64,000 nucleotides of DNA from an uncultured Mediterranea sp. (GTDB lineage Bacteria; Bacteroidota; Bacteroidia; Bacteroidales; Bacteroidaceae): assembly GCA_945879145.1 (NCBI GenBank), contig CAMCUZ010000006.1, positions 5,790 through 69,789 of the forward strand, read 5' to 3'. Shown in pieces: positions 44,490 to 54,603 of the stretch. Positions within the stretch are counted from its first letter, which is position 1, and every line of letters starts with the position of its first letter. Below the pieces are notes generated by a model. The model was not told the origin of the DNA, did not search any database, and saw only the letters and a program-made list of their open reading frames with translations. The position numbers and the translations under genes were made by a program.

Positions 44490-45032
44490 ATGATCAAGAA
44501 AGAGGATCTCTATCGCATCGGGATTTTCAATAAACCCCATGGCGTGAGGGGTGAACTGCAGTTCTCCTTCACCGATGACATATTCGACCGCGTGGAGGCC
44601 GACTGTCTGATCTGTCTGATGGACGGTATCTTCGTTCCTTTCTACATCGAAGAGTACCGTTTCCGATCAGACAGTACTGCCCTAATCAAGCTCGAAGAGG
44701 TGGATACAGCCGAACAGGCCCGACGATTTACCAATGTGGAGGTCTATTTCCCAATCGCTCACGCTCAAGAGCTGCCTACTGATGAACTGAGTTGGGACTT
44801 CTTCGTGGGTTTCCGCGTGGAGGAAGTGAACCACGGAAACCTAGGCCAGGTGGACGAGGTAGACACCTCAACGGTCAATACCCTCTTTGTGGTAGCCGAT
44901 GACCAAGGAAACGAACGACTGATTCCAGCCTGCGAGGAGTTCATTGTGGATATGGATACCACCCATCGAGTCATCACCCTCAAGTTACCCGAGGGGCTGA
45001 TTGACCTAGATGAAGCTGAGCAGGCCGACTGA
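44490..45032 (+). CDS. rimM: 16S rRNA processing protein
   Basis: [23 protein letters not shown] and LPEGL motifs. Confidence 0.95.
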   Translation: MIKKEDLYRIGIFNKPHGVRGELQFSFTDDIFDRVEADCLICLMDGIFVPFYIEEYRFRSDSTALIKLEEVDTAEQARRFTNVEVYFPIAHAQELPTDELSWDFFVGFRVEEVNHGNLGQVDEVDTSTVNTLFVVADDQGNERLIPACEEFIVDMDTTHRVITLKLPEGLIDLDEAEQAD

Positions 45033-45059
45033 ATACACGTGAATATACAAGGTGAATAA

Positions 45060-45941
45060 ATGACGATGGCAACGATGAAGAAAAAAAGTAAGCGCCAGAA
45101 GTTGGCTTTCTGGAAAGACATCAAGTTTAAGTATAAACTGACCATCATCAACGAGAATACGCTCGAAGAGGTGGTGGGCATCCATGTGTCGAAGCTCAAC
45201 GGCATCTCTGTGCTACTCTCGGTACTAACCGTGCTCTTTGTACTTGCAGCACTGATCATCACCTTCACTCCCCTGCGCAACTACCTGCCCGGCTACATGA
45301 ACAGTGAAATCCGTGCCCAGGTGGTGCAGAATGCACTTCGGGTTGATTCGCTGCAACTGTTTATTGACAGGCAGAATCTCTACATGGCTAACATTAAAGA
45401 TATACTCCGTGGTGAGGTGAAGGCCGACACCGTGCACTCGATAGACTCGCTTACGGCCTTGCGTGGCGACTCGCTCATGGAACGGACCAAGCGTGAGGAG
45501 GCCTTCCGTAAGCAGTACGAAGAGCAGGAACGCTACAACCTAACTAACCCCTCGCCATCCGCCAACCGTGAGGGTATTATCTTCTTCTGCCCCACACGTG
45601 GCATGGTGACCTCAGTATTTGACTCCGAACGGCGTCACTACGGTACCGACATTGCTGTTAGCCCTGGAGAGAGCATCGTGGCTACACTCGATGGGGTAGT
45701 GGTCATGAGCAATTACACGGCCGAAACGGGCTATGTGGTGGTGTTGCAGCACAATTACGAGTTCCTCTCGGTCTATAAGCACTGCCGCTCACTGCTCTGC
45801 AGGGAGGGAGATCGTGTAAAGGCTGGTGAGGTAATTGCCTTGACTGGCAATAGTGGTCAGCTGACCACTGGACCCCATCTGCACTTTGAACTCTGGCAAG
45901 GTGGACGCCCGGTAAACCCTGAACATTATATTGTATTTTGA
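45060..45941 (+). CDS. M23 family metallopeptidase
   Basis: N-terminal TM, HYGTD, YKH and TTGPHLHFELW motifs. Confidence 0.9.
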   Translation: MTMATMKKKSKRQKLAFWKDIKFKYKLTIINENTLEEVVGIHVSKLNGISVLLSVLTVLFVLAALIITFTPLRNYLPGYMNSEIRAQVVQNALRVDSLQLFIDRQNLYMANIKDILRGEVKADTVHSIDSLTALRGDSLMERTKREEAFRKQYEEQERYNLTNPSPSANREGIIFFCPTRGMVTSVFDSERRHYGTDIAVSPGESIVATLDGVVVMSNYTAETGYVVVLQHNYEFLSVYKHCRSLLCREGDRVKAGEVIALTGNSGQLTTGPHLHFELWQGGRPVNPEHYIVF

Positions 45942-46026
45942 TAGATATATTTAATAAGGAGAGATGAGAAACATGGAAATCGTGTGGAGATCAATCCAAA
46001 CAATAATGACCAAAAATGAATAAACA

Positions 46027-47178
46027 ATGAAAAAACAGATTGCGATATTAGGCTCTACTGGGAGCATCGGCACGCAGGCTTTGCAGGTGATTGAGGAGCA
46101 TCCCGACCTCTATGAAGCCTACGTGCTGACGGCTAACAACCGGGTAGAACTGCTTATTGAGCAGGCTCGAAAGTTCCAACCTGAGGCCGTGGTCATTGCC
46201 AACGAAGCGAAATATGGTCAGCTGAAGGAGGCTTTAGCCGACTTGCCCGTCAAGGTGTATGCCGGACGTGAGGCTCTCTGTCAAGTGGTGACCGATCAGC
46301 AGGTGGATATGGTGCTTACAGCGATGGTGGGCTATGCCGGATTGCAACCTACCATGGCGGCCATTAAGGCACACAAGCCCATTGCACTGGCCAACAAAGA
46401 GACGCTGGTGGTGGCCGGTGAGTTGATTAACGAGTTGGCCCACGTAAACCGAACCCCCATACTGCCTGTAGATTCAGAGCACTCGGCCGTATTCCAGTGC
46501 CTTGCTGGCGAGGGTAACAACGCCATTGAGAAGGTGATTCTCACTGCTTCAGGGGGGCCCTTCCGCACATTCAGCCGCGAGCAGCTGGCACATGTCACTA
46601 AGGAACAGGCCTTGAAGCACCCCAACTGGAGCATGGGATCCAAGATTACTATTGACTCGGCCTCGATGATGAACAAAGGGTTTGAGGTGATGGAGGCCAA
46701 GTGGCTCTTCGGTGTCAAGCCCGAACAGATAGAGGTGGTGGTGCATCCGCAGAGTATCGTCCACAGCATGGTACAGTTTGCCGACGGAGCGATCAAGGCA
46801 CAGCTCGGCATGCCCGACATGCGTCTGCCTATACAATATGCTTTCTCCTATCCCGAGCGAAAGCAAGCTTCCTTCCCCCGCATCGACTGGAGACAGTGTA
46901 ATACGCTTACTTTCGAAGAGCCCGACGTGGATCGCTTCCGCAACTTGGCCTTGGCCTACGAGGCACTGCACCGCGGAGGCAACATGCCTTGCATCGTGAA
47001 TGCGGCCAACGAAGTGGCGGTTGAGGCCTTCCTCCATGATCAAGTAGGTTTCCTGGCCATGAGCGACATCATCGAGCAGGCTATGGCCCGCATGGCCTTC
47101 ATCGCTAAGCCTACCTACGAGGACTACGTGCAGACCGACAGGGAGACCCGGAGCATCACCCACGAACTGATACATTGA
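46027..47178 (+). CDS. dxr: 1-deoxy-D-xylulose-5-phosphate reductoisomerase
   Basis: LGSTGSIGTQ, LANKE, PVDSEHSA, HPNWSMG and MMNKGFE motifs. Confidence 0.97.
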   Translation: MKKQIAILGSTGSIGTQALQVIEEHPDLYEAYVLTANNRVELLIEQARKFQPEAVVIANEAKYGQLKEALADLPVKVYAGREALCQVVTDQQVDMVLTAMVGYAGLQPTMAAIKAHKPIALANKETLVVAGELINELAHVNRTPILPVDSEHSAVFQCLAGEGNNAIEKVILTASGGPFRTFSREQLAHVTKEQALKHPNWSMGSKITIDSASMMNKGFEVMEAKWLFGVKPEQIEVVVHPQSIVHSMVQFADGAIKAQLGMPDMRLPIQYAFSYPERKQASFPRIDWRQCNTLTFEEPDVDRFRNLALAYEALHRGGNMPCIVNAANEVAVEAFLHDQVGFLAMSDIIEQAMARMAFIAKPTYEDYVQTDRETRSITHELIH

Positions 47179-47213
47179 TATTAACAATTAACAACAATAA
47201 AGAACATTAAACA

Positions 47214-48575
47214 ATGGAAACATTCTGGATTCGAGCGCTACAGCTCATAATGAGTCTTTCGTTGCTCGTACTGATTCACGAAGGGGGGCATTTCCTTTTC
47301 GCCCGTCTCTTTAAGACGCGGGTGGAGAAGTTTTGCCTCTTCTTCGACCCCTGGTTTACCCTCTTCAAGTTTCGTCCCCGCCATAGCGAGACGGAGTATG
47401 GCATAGGCTGGCTCCCTCTGGGAGGCTACGTAAAAATTGCCGGCATGATTGATGAGTCGATGGACCTGGAGCAGATGAAGCAGCCTATGCAGCCCTGGGA
47501 ATTTCGGGCCAAGCCGGCATGGCAGCGTCTCTTCATTATGATAGGTGGTGTACTCTTCAATTTCCTGTTGGCCCTCTTTATCTACTCCATGATTCTCTTT
47601 GCCTGGGGTGATGAGTACATTCCCGTCAGCAAGGCTCCGTTGGGCATGGATTTCAACGAAACGGCCCATAAAGTAGGTTTCTGTGATGGCGACGTGTTGC
47701 TCTCTGCAGATGGTGTGCCGTTTGAGCGCCTGGGTGGCGACTTGCTCTCTGCTGTGGTGGATGCTCGACAGGTTACTGTGTTGCGTCAAGGGGTGGAGAC
47801 TTCAGTCTATATTCCAGAGGGAATGATGGATGGCTTGCTGACCGACAGCGTGCGCTTTGCCACTTTCCGTATGCCCTATGTGGTGGATAGCTTGGCCGTT
47901 GGCCGGCCGGGAGCTCTGGCTGGTCTGCAGGTAGGCGATAGCATCATCCGTCTGAATGGTGAGCCAATGGCGTTCTATGATTTTCGCGAGGCGCTGGCTG
48001 CACGCCGACTGGCTGAGGCGAAGTTACAGGGTGACTCACTCATACAGGCCAACCGCATCGTGGAGCTCACCATTGTCCGTCAGGGTAAGGAGCAACTCTT
48101 GACGATGCAGCTCGATTCGACCTATACGATGGGTGTCTATGCTGTGACTGACTCGAAGCGCCTCTTCCCTGTGGTGAACAAGGAGTATGGATTTTTTGCC
48201 TCTTTCCCTGCTGGTATTGCCCTTGGAGTGAATACGCTGAAGGGTTATGTGGGGCAGATGAAGTATCTCTTTTCAAAAGAGGGGGCTAAGCAGTTGGGTG
48301 GCTTCGGTACCATTGGCAGCATCTTCCCTGCTACGTGGGATTGGCATCAGTTCTGGTACATGACGGCTTTTCTTAGTATCATCTTGGCCTTTATGAATAT
48401 CTTGCCTATTCCAGCACTTGATGGTGGACATGTGCTCTTCTTGCTTTATGAGATTGTGGCACGCCGCAAGCCAAGTGACAAGTTCATGGAACGTGCGCAG
48501 ATGGTGGGTATGGCGTTACTCTTCATTCTCCTCTTCTGGGCCAACTTTAACGATCTACTGCGCTTCTTCTTCTAA
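47214..48575 (+). CDS. rseP: RIP metalloprotease
   Basis: IHEGGH, PLGGYVKIAGM, a PDZ region and NILPIPALDGGH. Confidence 0.95.
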   Translation: METFWIRALQLIMSLSLLVLIHEGGHFLFARLFKTRVEKFCLFFDPWFTLFKFRPRHSETEYGIGWLPLGGYVKIAGMIDESMDLEQMKQPMQPWEFRAKPAWQRLFIMIGGVLFNFLLALFIYSMILFAWGDEYIPVSKAPLGMDFNETAHKVGFCDGDVLLSADGVPFERLGGDLLSAVVDARQVTVLRQGVETSVYIPEGMMDGLLTDSVRFATFRMPYVVDSLAVGRPGALAGLQVGDSIIRLNGEPMAFYDFREALAARRLAEAKLQGDSLIQANRIVELTIVRQGKEQLLTMQLDSTYTMGVYAVTDSKRLFPVVNKEYGFFASFPAGIALGVNTLKGYVGQMKYLFSKEGAKQLGGFGTIGSIFPATWDWHQFWYMTAFLSIILAFMNILPIPALDGGHVLFLLYEIVARRKPSDKFMERAQMVGMALLFILLFWANFNDLLRFFF

Positions 48576-48598
48576 GGTTTTGCACTGTATGTAGTGAT

Positions 48599-48641
48599 AA
48601 AAAATGGTTAGCAACGATTTTGCTGCTAACCATTTTTTTTT
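48599..48641. terminator. Bidirectional terminator between rseP and nadE
   Basis: AAAAAATGGTTAGCA...TGCTAACCATTTTTTTTT. Confidence 0.8.
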
Positions 48642-48747
48642 GTGTATCTTATTATGTTCATGACGGCAGAAGGGAACCATAACTACCGCTAATCACCACG
48701 CTTAAGGAGAATAGCGCGGTATGCAGAGTACAAGATAATTGACCTTC

Positions 48748-50673
48748 TTACAAGGCTTCAACTTCGGCCAGCCAGGAGTCGCTGCAGGCATCGCTGGGCA
48801 TGCGCCAGTCGCCTCGCGGACTGATGGAGAGGCTACCCACCTTGGGACCGTCGGGCAGACAAGAGCGCTTGAACTGTTGGTTGAAGAAGCGACGGCAGAA
48901 GGTCTTGAGCCATTTCTTTACCGTCTCGTCGTCGTAGCTCCCCTTGAAGGCTTGCATGGCCAGCCAATAGACCTTGGCCGGGCGGAACCCCCAGCGCATC
49001 ACGTAATAGAGGAAGAAGTCGTGCAACTCATAGGGACCTACTAGGTCTTCGGTGACTTGGCTGATCTGCCCATCAGGGTTAGCCGGTATCAACTCCGGAC
49101 TGATAGGGGTATCAACAATATCGAGCAGGGTAGCACGCGAGGCTTCATCTACACCGTTGCAGGCTACCCACTTTACCAAGTGGCGTACCAGCGTCTTGGG
49201 CACACTGCCATTCACACCATACATCGACATGTGGTCGCCGTTATAGGTGGCCCAGCCTAAAGCCAGCTCGGATAAGTCGCCCGTCCCGATTACAAGGCCC
49301 CAGGTTTGGTTGGCTATGTCCATCAGTAATTGTGTGCGTTCGCGAGCTTGGGAGTTTTCATACACTACGTCGTGTATCTTCTCATCGTGGCCAATGTCTG
49401 CAAAGTGTTGCAGACAGGCCTTGCGTATGCTCACCTCGCGGATGGTCACGCCTAAGGATTCCATTAGAGAAAGTGCGTTGCGGTAGGTGCGGTCGGTGGT
49501 GCCGAAACCAGGCATGGTGACGCCCACAATACCTTTGCGGTCCCACCCTAAACGGTCGAAGGTACGGGCGCAGACCAGCAAAGCCAGTGTAGAGTCTAAT
49601 CCACCCGAGATACCCACCACGGCACTCTTTGATTGGGTGTGAACCAGACGTTGTGTGAGACCTGTGGTCTGAATAGAGAAAATCTCTTCGCAACGCTCAT
49701 CGAGTGTAGGTCCTTGGGGCACGAAGGGGTGGGGATCAAAGCTACGTGTCATTACGATGTCACGCGGATTGACCTGTTCTGTGGCTATGCGGCGGAATGG
49801 GTTCCCGGATAGGGTGGCGCGGCAGGCTGCAAAGGTGGTATTCACACGGCGCTCAGTGCGCAGTTTCTCCACGTCAATCTCGCTGATGATGGTCTGCGGT
49901 TTGAAGCTGAATCGATCGCTGCGGTTGAGCAGTTGGCCGTTCTCGTAAATCAGTCCGTTACCAGCAAAAACCACGTCGGTGGTGGATTCGCCGAAGCCGC
50001 ATGAGGAGAGCACGTAGCCTCCAATGCAGCGTGCCGACTGCTGGGCAATCAGTTGGCAGAGGTAATTGTGTTTACCGATACTCTCGTCTGAGGCAGAGAG
50101 GTTGAAGATAATCTCTGCCCCCTCGAGGGCCAGGCGTGAACTGGGTGGAATCACGGCCCAAGCATCTTCGCATAGCTCAATGCCGAAGGTGGTGTCGCTT
50201 GTCTCGAACAGGAGGTCGGTACCCAGGGGAACGGTTTGTCCACAGAGGCGCACATTCTCCACACGGATATCCCTGGATGAGGTGAACCACCGCTTTTCGT
50301 AGAACTCTTTATAGTTGGGCAAGAAGGTCTTGGGCACTACACCCAGCACCTTACCACGCTGAATGACTACGGCCGCATTGAGCAGTGCTCCATCTATTGC
50401 GATAGGCATACCCAGGATGGCGATGATGTCCAGTTGTCGGGTGTCGCTCAGCACCTTGATGAGGCCTCGCTCTGCTTCGTCAAGCAACAACTGCTGGGCA
50501 AAGAGGTCTCCACAGGTGTAGGCCGTGACGCTCAGCTCAGGAAAGGCAATGATTTCCACCCCTTTGCCATCGGCCAGGATAATCTCTTTTTCAATCTCTG
50601 CAATGTTGTATGGGCAGTTGGCCACCTTCACAGAAGGGACGCAAGCTGCCACTTTCACAAATCCATAATTCAT
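48748..50673 (-). CDS. nadE: Glutamine-dependent NAD+ synthetase
   Basis: Nitrilase domain ([20 protein letters not shown]) plus [17 protein letters not shown] and GTGDLSE motifs. Confidence 0.96.
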   Translation of the reverse strand: MNYGFVKVAACVPSVKVANCPYNIAEIEKEIILADGKGVEIIAFPELSVTAYTCGDLFAQQLLLDEAERGLIKVLSDTRQLDIIAILGMPIAIDGALLNAAVVIQRGKVLGVVPKTFLPNYKEFYEKRWFTSSRDIRVENVRLCGQTVPLGTDLLFETSDTTFGIELCEDAWAVIPPSSRLALEGAEIIFNLSASDESIGKHNYLCQLIAQQSARCIGGYVLSSCGFGESTTDVVFAGNGLIYENGQLLNRSDRFSFKPQTIISEIDVEKLRTERRVNTTFAACRATLSGNPFRRIATEQVNPRDIVMTRSFDPHPFVPQGPTLDERCEEIFSIQTTGLTQRLVHTQSKSAVVGISGGLDSTLALLVCARTFDRLGWDRKGIVGVTMPGFGTTDRTYRNALSLMESLGVTIREVSIRKACLQHFADIGHDEKIHDVVYENSQARERTQLLMDIANQTWGLVIGTGDLSELALGWATYNGDHMSMYGVNGSVPKTLVRHLVKWVACNGVDEASRATLLDIVDTPISPELIPANPDGQISQVTEDLVGPYELHDFFLYYVMRWGFRPAKVYWLAMQAFKGSYDDETVKKWLKTFCRRFFNQQFKRSCLPDGPKVGSLSISPRGDWRMPSDACSDSWLAEVEAL

Positions 50674-50708
50674 GGGCAAAATTACTAGCTTTCTTTTGGA
50701 TAATAGGT

Positions 50709-51275
50709 CTATTTTTCCTTCTCTTCGGGTTGCTCTTGGGGAGCCTCGTCCATCATCTCTTCGCGTTCGATGGAAAGCTGTCCGCTAGGGGTCACCGTGA
50801 TGCGCAGGGGCACGTAGAGGTCCGACTGCGGATAGGCCACGCTGGCCGCATAGCGTATAGTGCCCGCCTCGGTCACCTGGTCGAATACAAGTCCCTCAAG
50901 GATGGCATACTTCATGAAGCGGGCATTGAGCAGTTGCGCAAAGTCCTGCTTGGTGAAGACACGGTGCACCACCGTACGACCCTGGCTCGTGATGTGGAGC
51001 GAGATGCGGTTATCTACAAACTGCTCTCCCTCGGCATTGGTCACCAGCGGAAGGGCTTCGTCGGGTTGTCGCACCACGTTGGAGGTGAAGGCATGTCCCT
51101 TCAGCGTGAAATGCTCTTCGGCATTGGAACTCTGCATGCGGATGGGTTGTCCAGCAGCAAGCTCCTCCTTGCTCATTTCAGTGAGCTGGCTTTCATGGTT
51201 TTTAGAGCCAGAAGAGCAGGCTGTGAAGAGTAGGCAGAGCAGAAGGCCTATTCCAAAATAATTCAATGGTCTCAT
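50709..51275 (-). CDS. Lipoprotein, DUF4738-like
   Basis: Lipobox FTAC, FVDNRISLHI, FTKQDF, ILEGLVFD and ASVAYPQSD motifs. Confidence 0.7.
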   Translation of the reverse strand: MRPLNYFGIGLLLCLLFTACSSGSKNHESQLTEMSKEELAAGQPIRMQSSNAEEHFTLKGHAFTSNVVRQPDEALPLVTNAEGEQFVDNRISLHITSQGRTVVHRVFTKQDFAQLLNARFMKYAILEGLVFDQVTEAGTIRYAASVAYPQSDLYVPLRITVTPSGQLSIEREEMMDEAPQEQPEEKEK

Positions 51276-51302
51276 TATGATTGATTATGTTCAACTATCG
51301 CA

Positions 51303-52451
51303 TTAGTATAGATGCTCCTCCTGTTGCATTTCTTGGGCATCAATCTTCTTGCGGTCGATGCTGCGCCAGGCATAGACGATGTAGGCCAGGACGAAGGGTA
51401 CAAGCACACTGACGTACGCCATGGTGCGGAGCGTGAAGAGGCTCGACGAGCTGTTGGCGATACTCAGTGAGCTCTGCAGGTCGGTGGTAGAAGGGTAGTA
51501 GGCCGTGTTGTTCCAACCGGCGCAAAGCAACAGGCAGAGTACGGTAATCACTACGCCGATGCCCACTGGCCAGATGCCCTGCACGTAGCTCTTGCTAACT
51601 ATCGTGCGCACGATGCCGTAGAGCACCAGCGCCACGCCAGCCAGCAGACCAATCAGTACATACCACATATCCAGCAGGTTGTGAAGGTATTTGTAGGGTT
51701 CCATGGAGATGACACCTGTGGTAGGATCAACGGCAAAGCCATCTTTAAGCACCACGTAGAGCAGGAAGATGACAAAGAGCAACACGAAGAAGGCCGCGTT
51801 GCCCACCAACTGCACACTGCCTCGCGAGCGCAGATTCTCATCGGCTACATTATTCATAATATAGAGAATGCCCAGTACGCGGGCCAGGAAGAATACGGCC
51901 AGGCCAAGTACCCACACCCAGGGGTTGGTCAGTGCATCAAGGCCATGCCAACCATTACCCCACTGGCTGATTACGGGCATTAGCTCGTTACTCATATTGC
52001 CTTTGTTAATGATGAAATCTGAACCGGTGAAGAAGGTGGCTACCGCACCACCCAGCAGCAGTGGACCAATGATGCCGTTGGCAATCAAGAAGGCACGATA
52101 GGCCTTTTTGCCCAGCAGGTTTCCCTCTTTTGACTGGAACTCGTAGCTCACGGCTTGGAGGACGAAGCTAAATAGGATGATCATCCAGAGCCAGTAGGCA
52201 CCGCCAAAGCTCGTGCTGTAGAAGAGGGGGAATGAGGCAAAGAAAGCGCCGCCAAAGGTGACCAGCGTAGTGAAGGTAAACTCCCACTTGCGTCCTGTGG
52301 AGTTCATGATCATGCGTCGCTCCTCTTCGTTGCGGCCCAAGCTATAGACCAGTGAGTTGCCTCCCTGAACGAAGAGCAGGAAAACCAGAAGTGCTCCCAG
52401 CAGGGAGACGATAAACCACCAGTAGTGTTGAAGAAAACTATATTCTGTCAT
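51303..52451 (-). CDS. cydB: Cytochrome bd ubiquinol oxidase subunit II
   Basis: LQHYWW, LLFVQGG and GRKWEFTFTTLVTFGGAFFASFP motifs. Confidence 0.95.
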   Translation of the reverse strand: MTEYSFLQHYWWFIVSLLGALLVFLLFVQGGNSLVYSLGRNEEERRMIMNSTGRKWEFTFTTLVTFGGAFFASFPLFYSTSFGGAYWLWMIILFSFVLQAVSYEFQSKEGNLLGKKAYRAFLIANGIIGPLLLGGAVATFFTGSDFIINKGNMSNELMPVISQWGNGWHGLDALTNPWVWVLGLAVFFLARVLGILYIMNNVADENLRSRGSVQLVGNAAFFVLLFVIFLLYVVLKDGFAVDPTTGVISMEPYKYLHNLLDMWYVLIGLLAGVALVLYGIVRTIVSKSYVQGIWPVGIGVVITVLCLLLCAGWNNTAYYPSTTDLQSSLSIANSSSSLFTLRTMAYVSVLVPFVLAYIVYAWRSIDRKKIDAQEMQQEEHLY

Positions 52452-52658
52452 AATGGCATTCAATTAATCAGTTGATACGAAATGTTGTTTATAATAATAA
52501 TGTGGCTTGCACCTTGATATGATCATGCGTTACGGCTCTTTGTTCATTGTGAAAAAAGTTGTTTTCAGTAAGTAGGAAAAAAATTATCATACAGCTGAAA
52601 ATTTATTTTCATACCGTTGAAAAGCCGTTTTCAAACGCATGATTCCGGCATGGAATGC

Positions 52659-54206
52659 TTATTCTTCAGGACCCTTCTTAATGGCTTTAAGCAGAATTCC
52701 GATTTCGGCGATCAGCAACACGGTGAAGAGCAGCAGGAAGAGGAAGAAGGTGGTCTGCACGGAGTCCACTTCCAGCTTGGAGACAGCTGCATTTACAGGT
52801 AGCATATCTTGGATGGCCCACGGTTGACGACCACATTCAGCCACCACCCAGCCGGCTTGTCCAGCCAGATAGCCCAGAGGGATGGAGAGCAGGCCGATCC
52901 ATTGCATCCACTTCAGCTTGCTCAGGTCCTTGCGGAAGACTAGGAAGAGTACCACGGCAAAAAAGAGGATGAAGTAACCACCCAGCATCACCATTACGCG
53001 AAACATGTAGAAGGTCAGTGGCACGTTGGGTACCAGGTCTTCAGCCTGCTTGATGTAGCCGTAGCCAAAGTAGGGCATGTTCTCCTTCAGAGCTTCGGAT
53101 GCCAGGGAGGTAGCGGCTTCGTCGCCCTCAGCTTTGGCCTTGCGGTAGGCCGCAAAGGCAGCAATGGCTTCGCGCCCACGCGACATCTTCTCTTCGGCCG
53201 ACAGGGCTATCGAACCATCCTTCAGCAGATAGCCACCTTGCAGCAGGTCGTTGATGCCAGGCACAAAGGCTTCCGCATCGCGTTCGGCTAGCATGGAGAG
53301 CATGCCGGGTATCTCTATGCGCAGCAAGAAGGGGTCTTCCGTGTCGGCTGCCGACTGTTTCTTGGGGTTGAGCAGACCAAAAGCCACCAGTCCGGCCCCC
53401 TTTTCACCTTGGTAGTAGCCCTCCATGGCAGCCAGCTTCATGGGTTGTTTCTGAGCCACCTGGTAGCCCGACCCATCGCCGGTGGCCGCTGTCAGCAGCG
53501 CAGCCAGCAGGCCCACACAGGAGGCTACCTTGATGCTACGCAGGGCGAAGGCTTGATGACGCTTCTTGATAAGGTACCAGCAGCTGATACCCACTACAAA
53601 GAGGGCACCCACTACCCAACCTGAGAGCACGGTGTGAAAGAACTTGTTGACTGCCATGGGCGAAGTAGCTACGGCCCAGAAGTCAATCATTTCGTTTCGA
53701 GCTGTATCGGGGTTGAACTCCATGCCCACGGGGTTTTGCATCCAGGCGTTAGCCACCAGAATCCACCAGGCCGAGATAGTGGCTCCCAGACCGGTGAGCC
53801 AGGTAGAGGCCAAATGGAATCCACGGCTCACCTTCTGCCAACCGAAGAACATGACGGCAATAAACGTAGCTTCCATGAAGAAGGCCAGGATACCCTCGAT
53901 AGCCAGGGGGGCGCCGAAGATATCGCCTACAAACCAAGAGTAGTTGCTCCAGTTGGTGCCGAACTCAAACTCCAGAATCAGTCCAGTGGCCACGCCTATG
54001 GCAAAGTTGATGCCGAAGAGTTTCATCCAGTATTGAGCGGAGCGTTTCCATTTCTCATCTCCCGTGCGGTAGTAGAGGGTCTCCATCAGGCCCATGATAA
54101 CTGCCAACCCCAGGGTGAGGGGAACGAAGATCCAGTGGTAGATGGCGGTGAGGGCAAACTGTGCTCTCGACCAGTCAATCAACGAAGTGTCAATGTGTGT
54201 CAACAT
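52659..54206 (-). CDS. cydA: Cytochrome bd ubiquinol oxidase subunit I
   Basis: SRAQFALTAIYHWIFVPLTLG, EFEFGTNW, QPMKLAAMEG and GWVVAECGRQPW motifs. Confidence 0.97.
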   Translation of the reverse strand: MLTHIDTSLIDWSRAQFALTAIYHWIFVPLTLGLAVIMGLMETLYYRTGDEKWKRSAQYWMKLFGINFAIGVATGLILEFEFGTNWSNYSWFVGDIFGAPLAIEGILAFFMEATFIAVMFFGWQKVSRGFHLASTWLTGLGATISAWWILVANAWMQNPVGMEFNPDTARNEMIDFWAVATSPMAVNKFFHTVLSGWVVGALFVVGISCWYLIKKRHQAFALRSIKVASCVGLLAALLTAATGDGSGYQVAQKQPMKLAAMEGYYQGEKGAGLVAFGLLNPKKQSAADTEDPFLLRIEIPGMLSMLAERDAEAFVPGINDLLQGGYLLKDGSIALSAEEKMSRGREAIAAFAAYRKAKAEGDEAATSLASEALKENMPYFGYGYIKQAEDLVPNVPLTFYMFRVMVMLGGYFILFFAVVLFLVFRKDLSKLKWMQWIGLLSIPLGYLAGQAGWVVAECGRQPWAIQDMLPVNAAVSKLEVDSVQTTFFLFLLLFTVLLIAEIGILLKAIKKGPEE

Positions 54207-54243
54207 ACGCGGAACTATTTTTAAGATTATTAAGATGCTTGAG

Positions 54244-54489
54244 TTACTCTGCTGCTGGTTCAGCTTCGGGTATCAGGCCCTGCTCAATGAGCTGCGTGCT
54301 CACGTAGTGTCCCTCGTTTCCTGCAGCCTTGGTGTGGAGAAAGTCGGGGAAGAAGAAGAACTTGAGAATGCCAAAGATAATGAAGAGCTTCAGCAGGATG
54401 ATCAGCCACAGCGTACGCCCCCAGGTCATTTGGCGGAAGCCGTCGGCATAGAACTTGACGACCGATTGAAGGGTGCTTACGAAGGACAT
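54244..54489 (-). CDS. DUF4492-like small membrane protein preceding cydA
   Basis: FYADGFRQMTWGRTLWLIILLKLFIIFGILKFFFFP motif and position upstream of cydA. Confidence 0.85.
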   Translation of the reverse strand: MSFVSTLQSVVKFYADGFRQMTWGRTLWLIILLKLFIIFGILKFFFFPDFLHTKAAGNEGHYVSTQLIEQGLIPEAEPAAE

Positions 54490-54546
54490 AGGCGCTACTT
54501 TTAATGTGTGTTTATACAATTATGCTTTTAAAACAAGCCCAAAAAT

Positions 54547-54577
54547 AAAAAGCTTGGATGAAATATCCAAGCTTTTT
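54547..54577. terminator. Terminator downstream of the dehydratase gene
   Basis: AAAAAGCTTGGAT-GAAAT-ATCCAAGCTTTTT perfect hairpin. Confidence 0.8.
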
Positions 54578-54603
54578 CTCTATTTTTTCTCCAAAAAGAG
54601 GCT

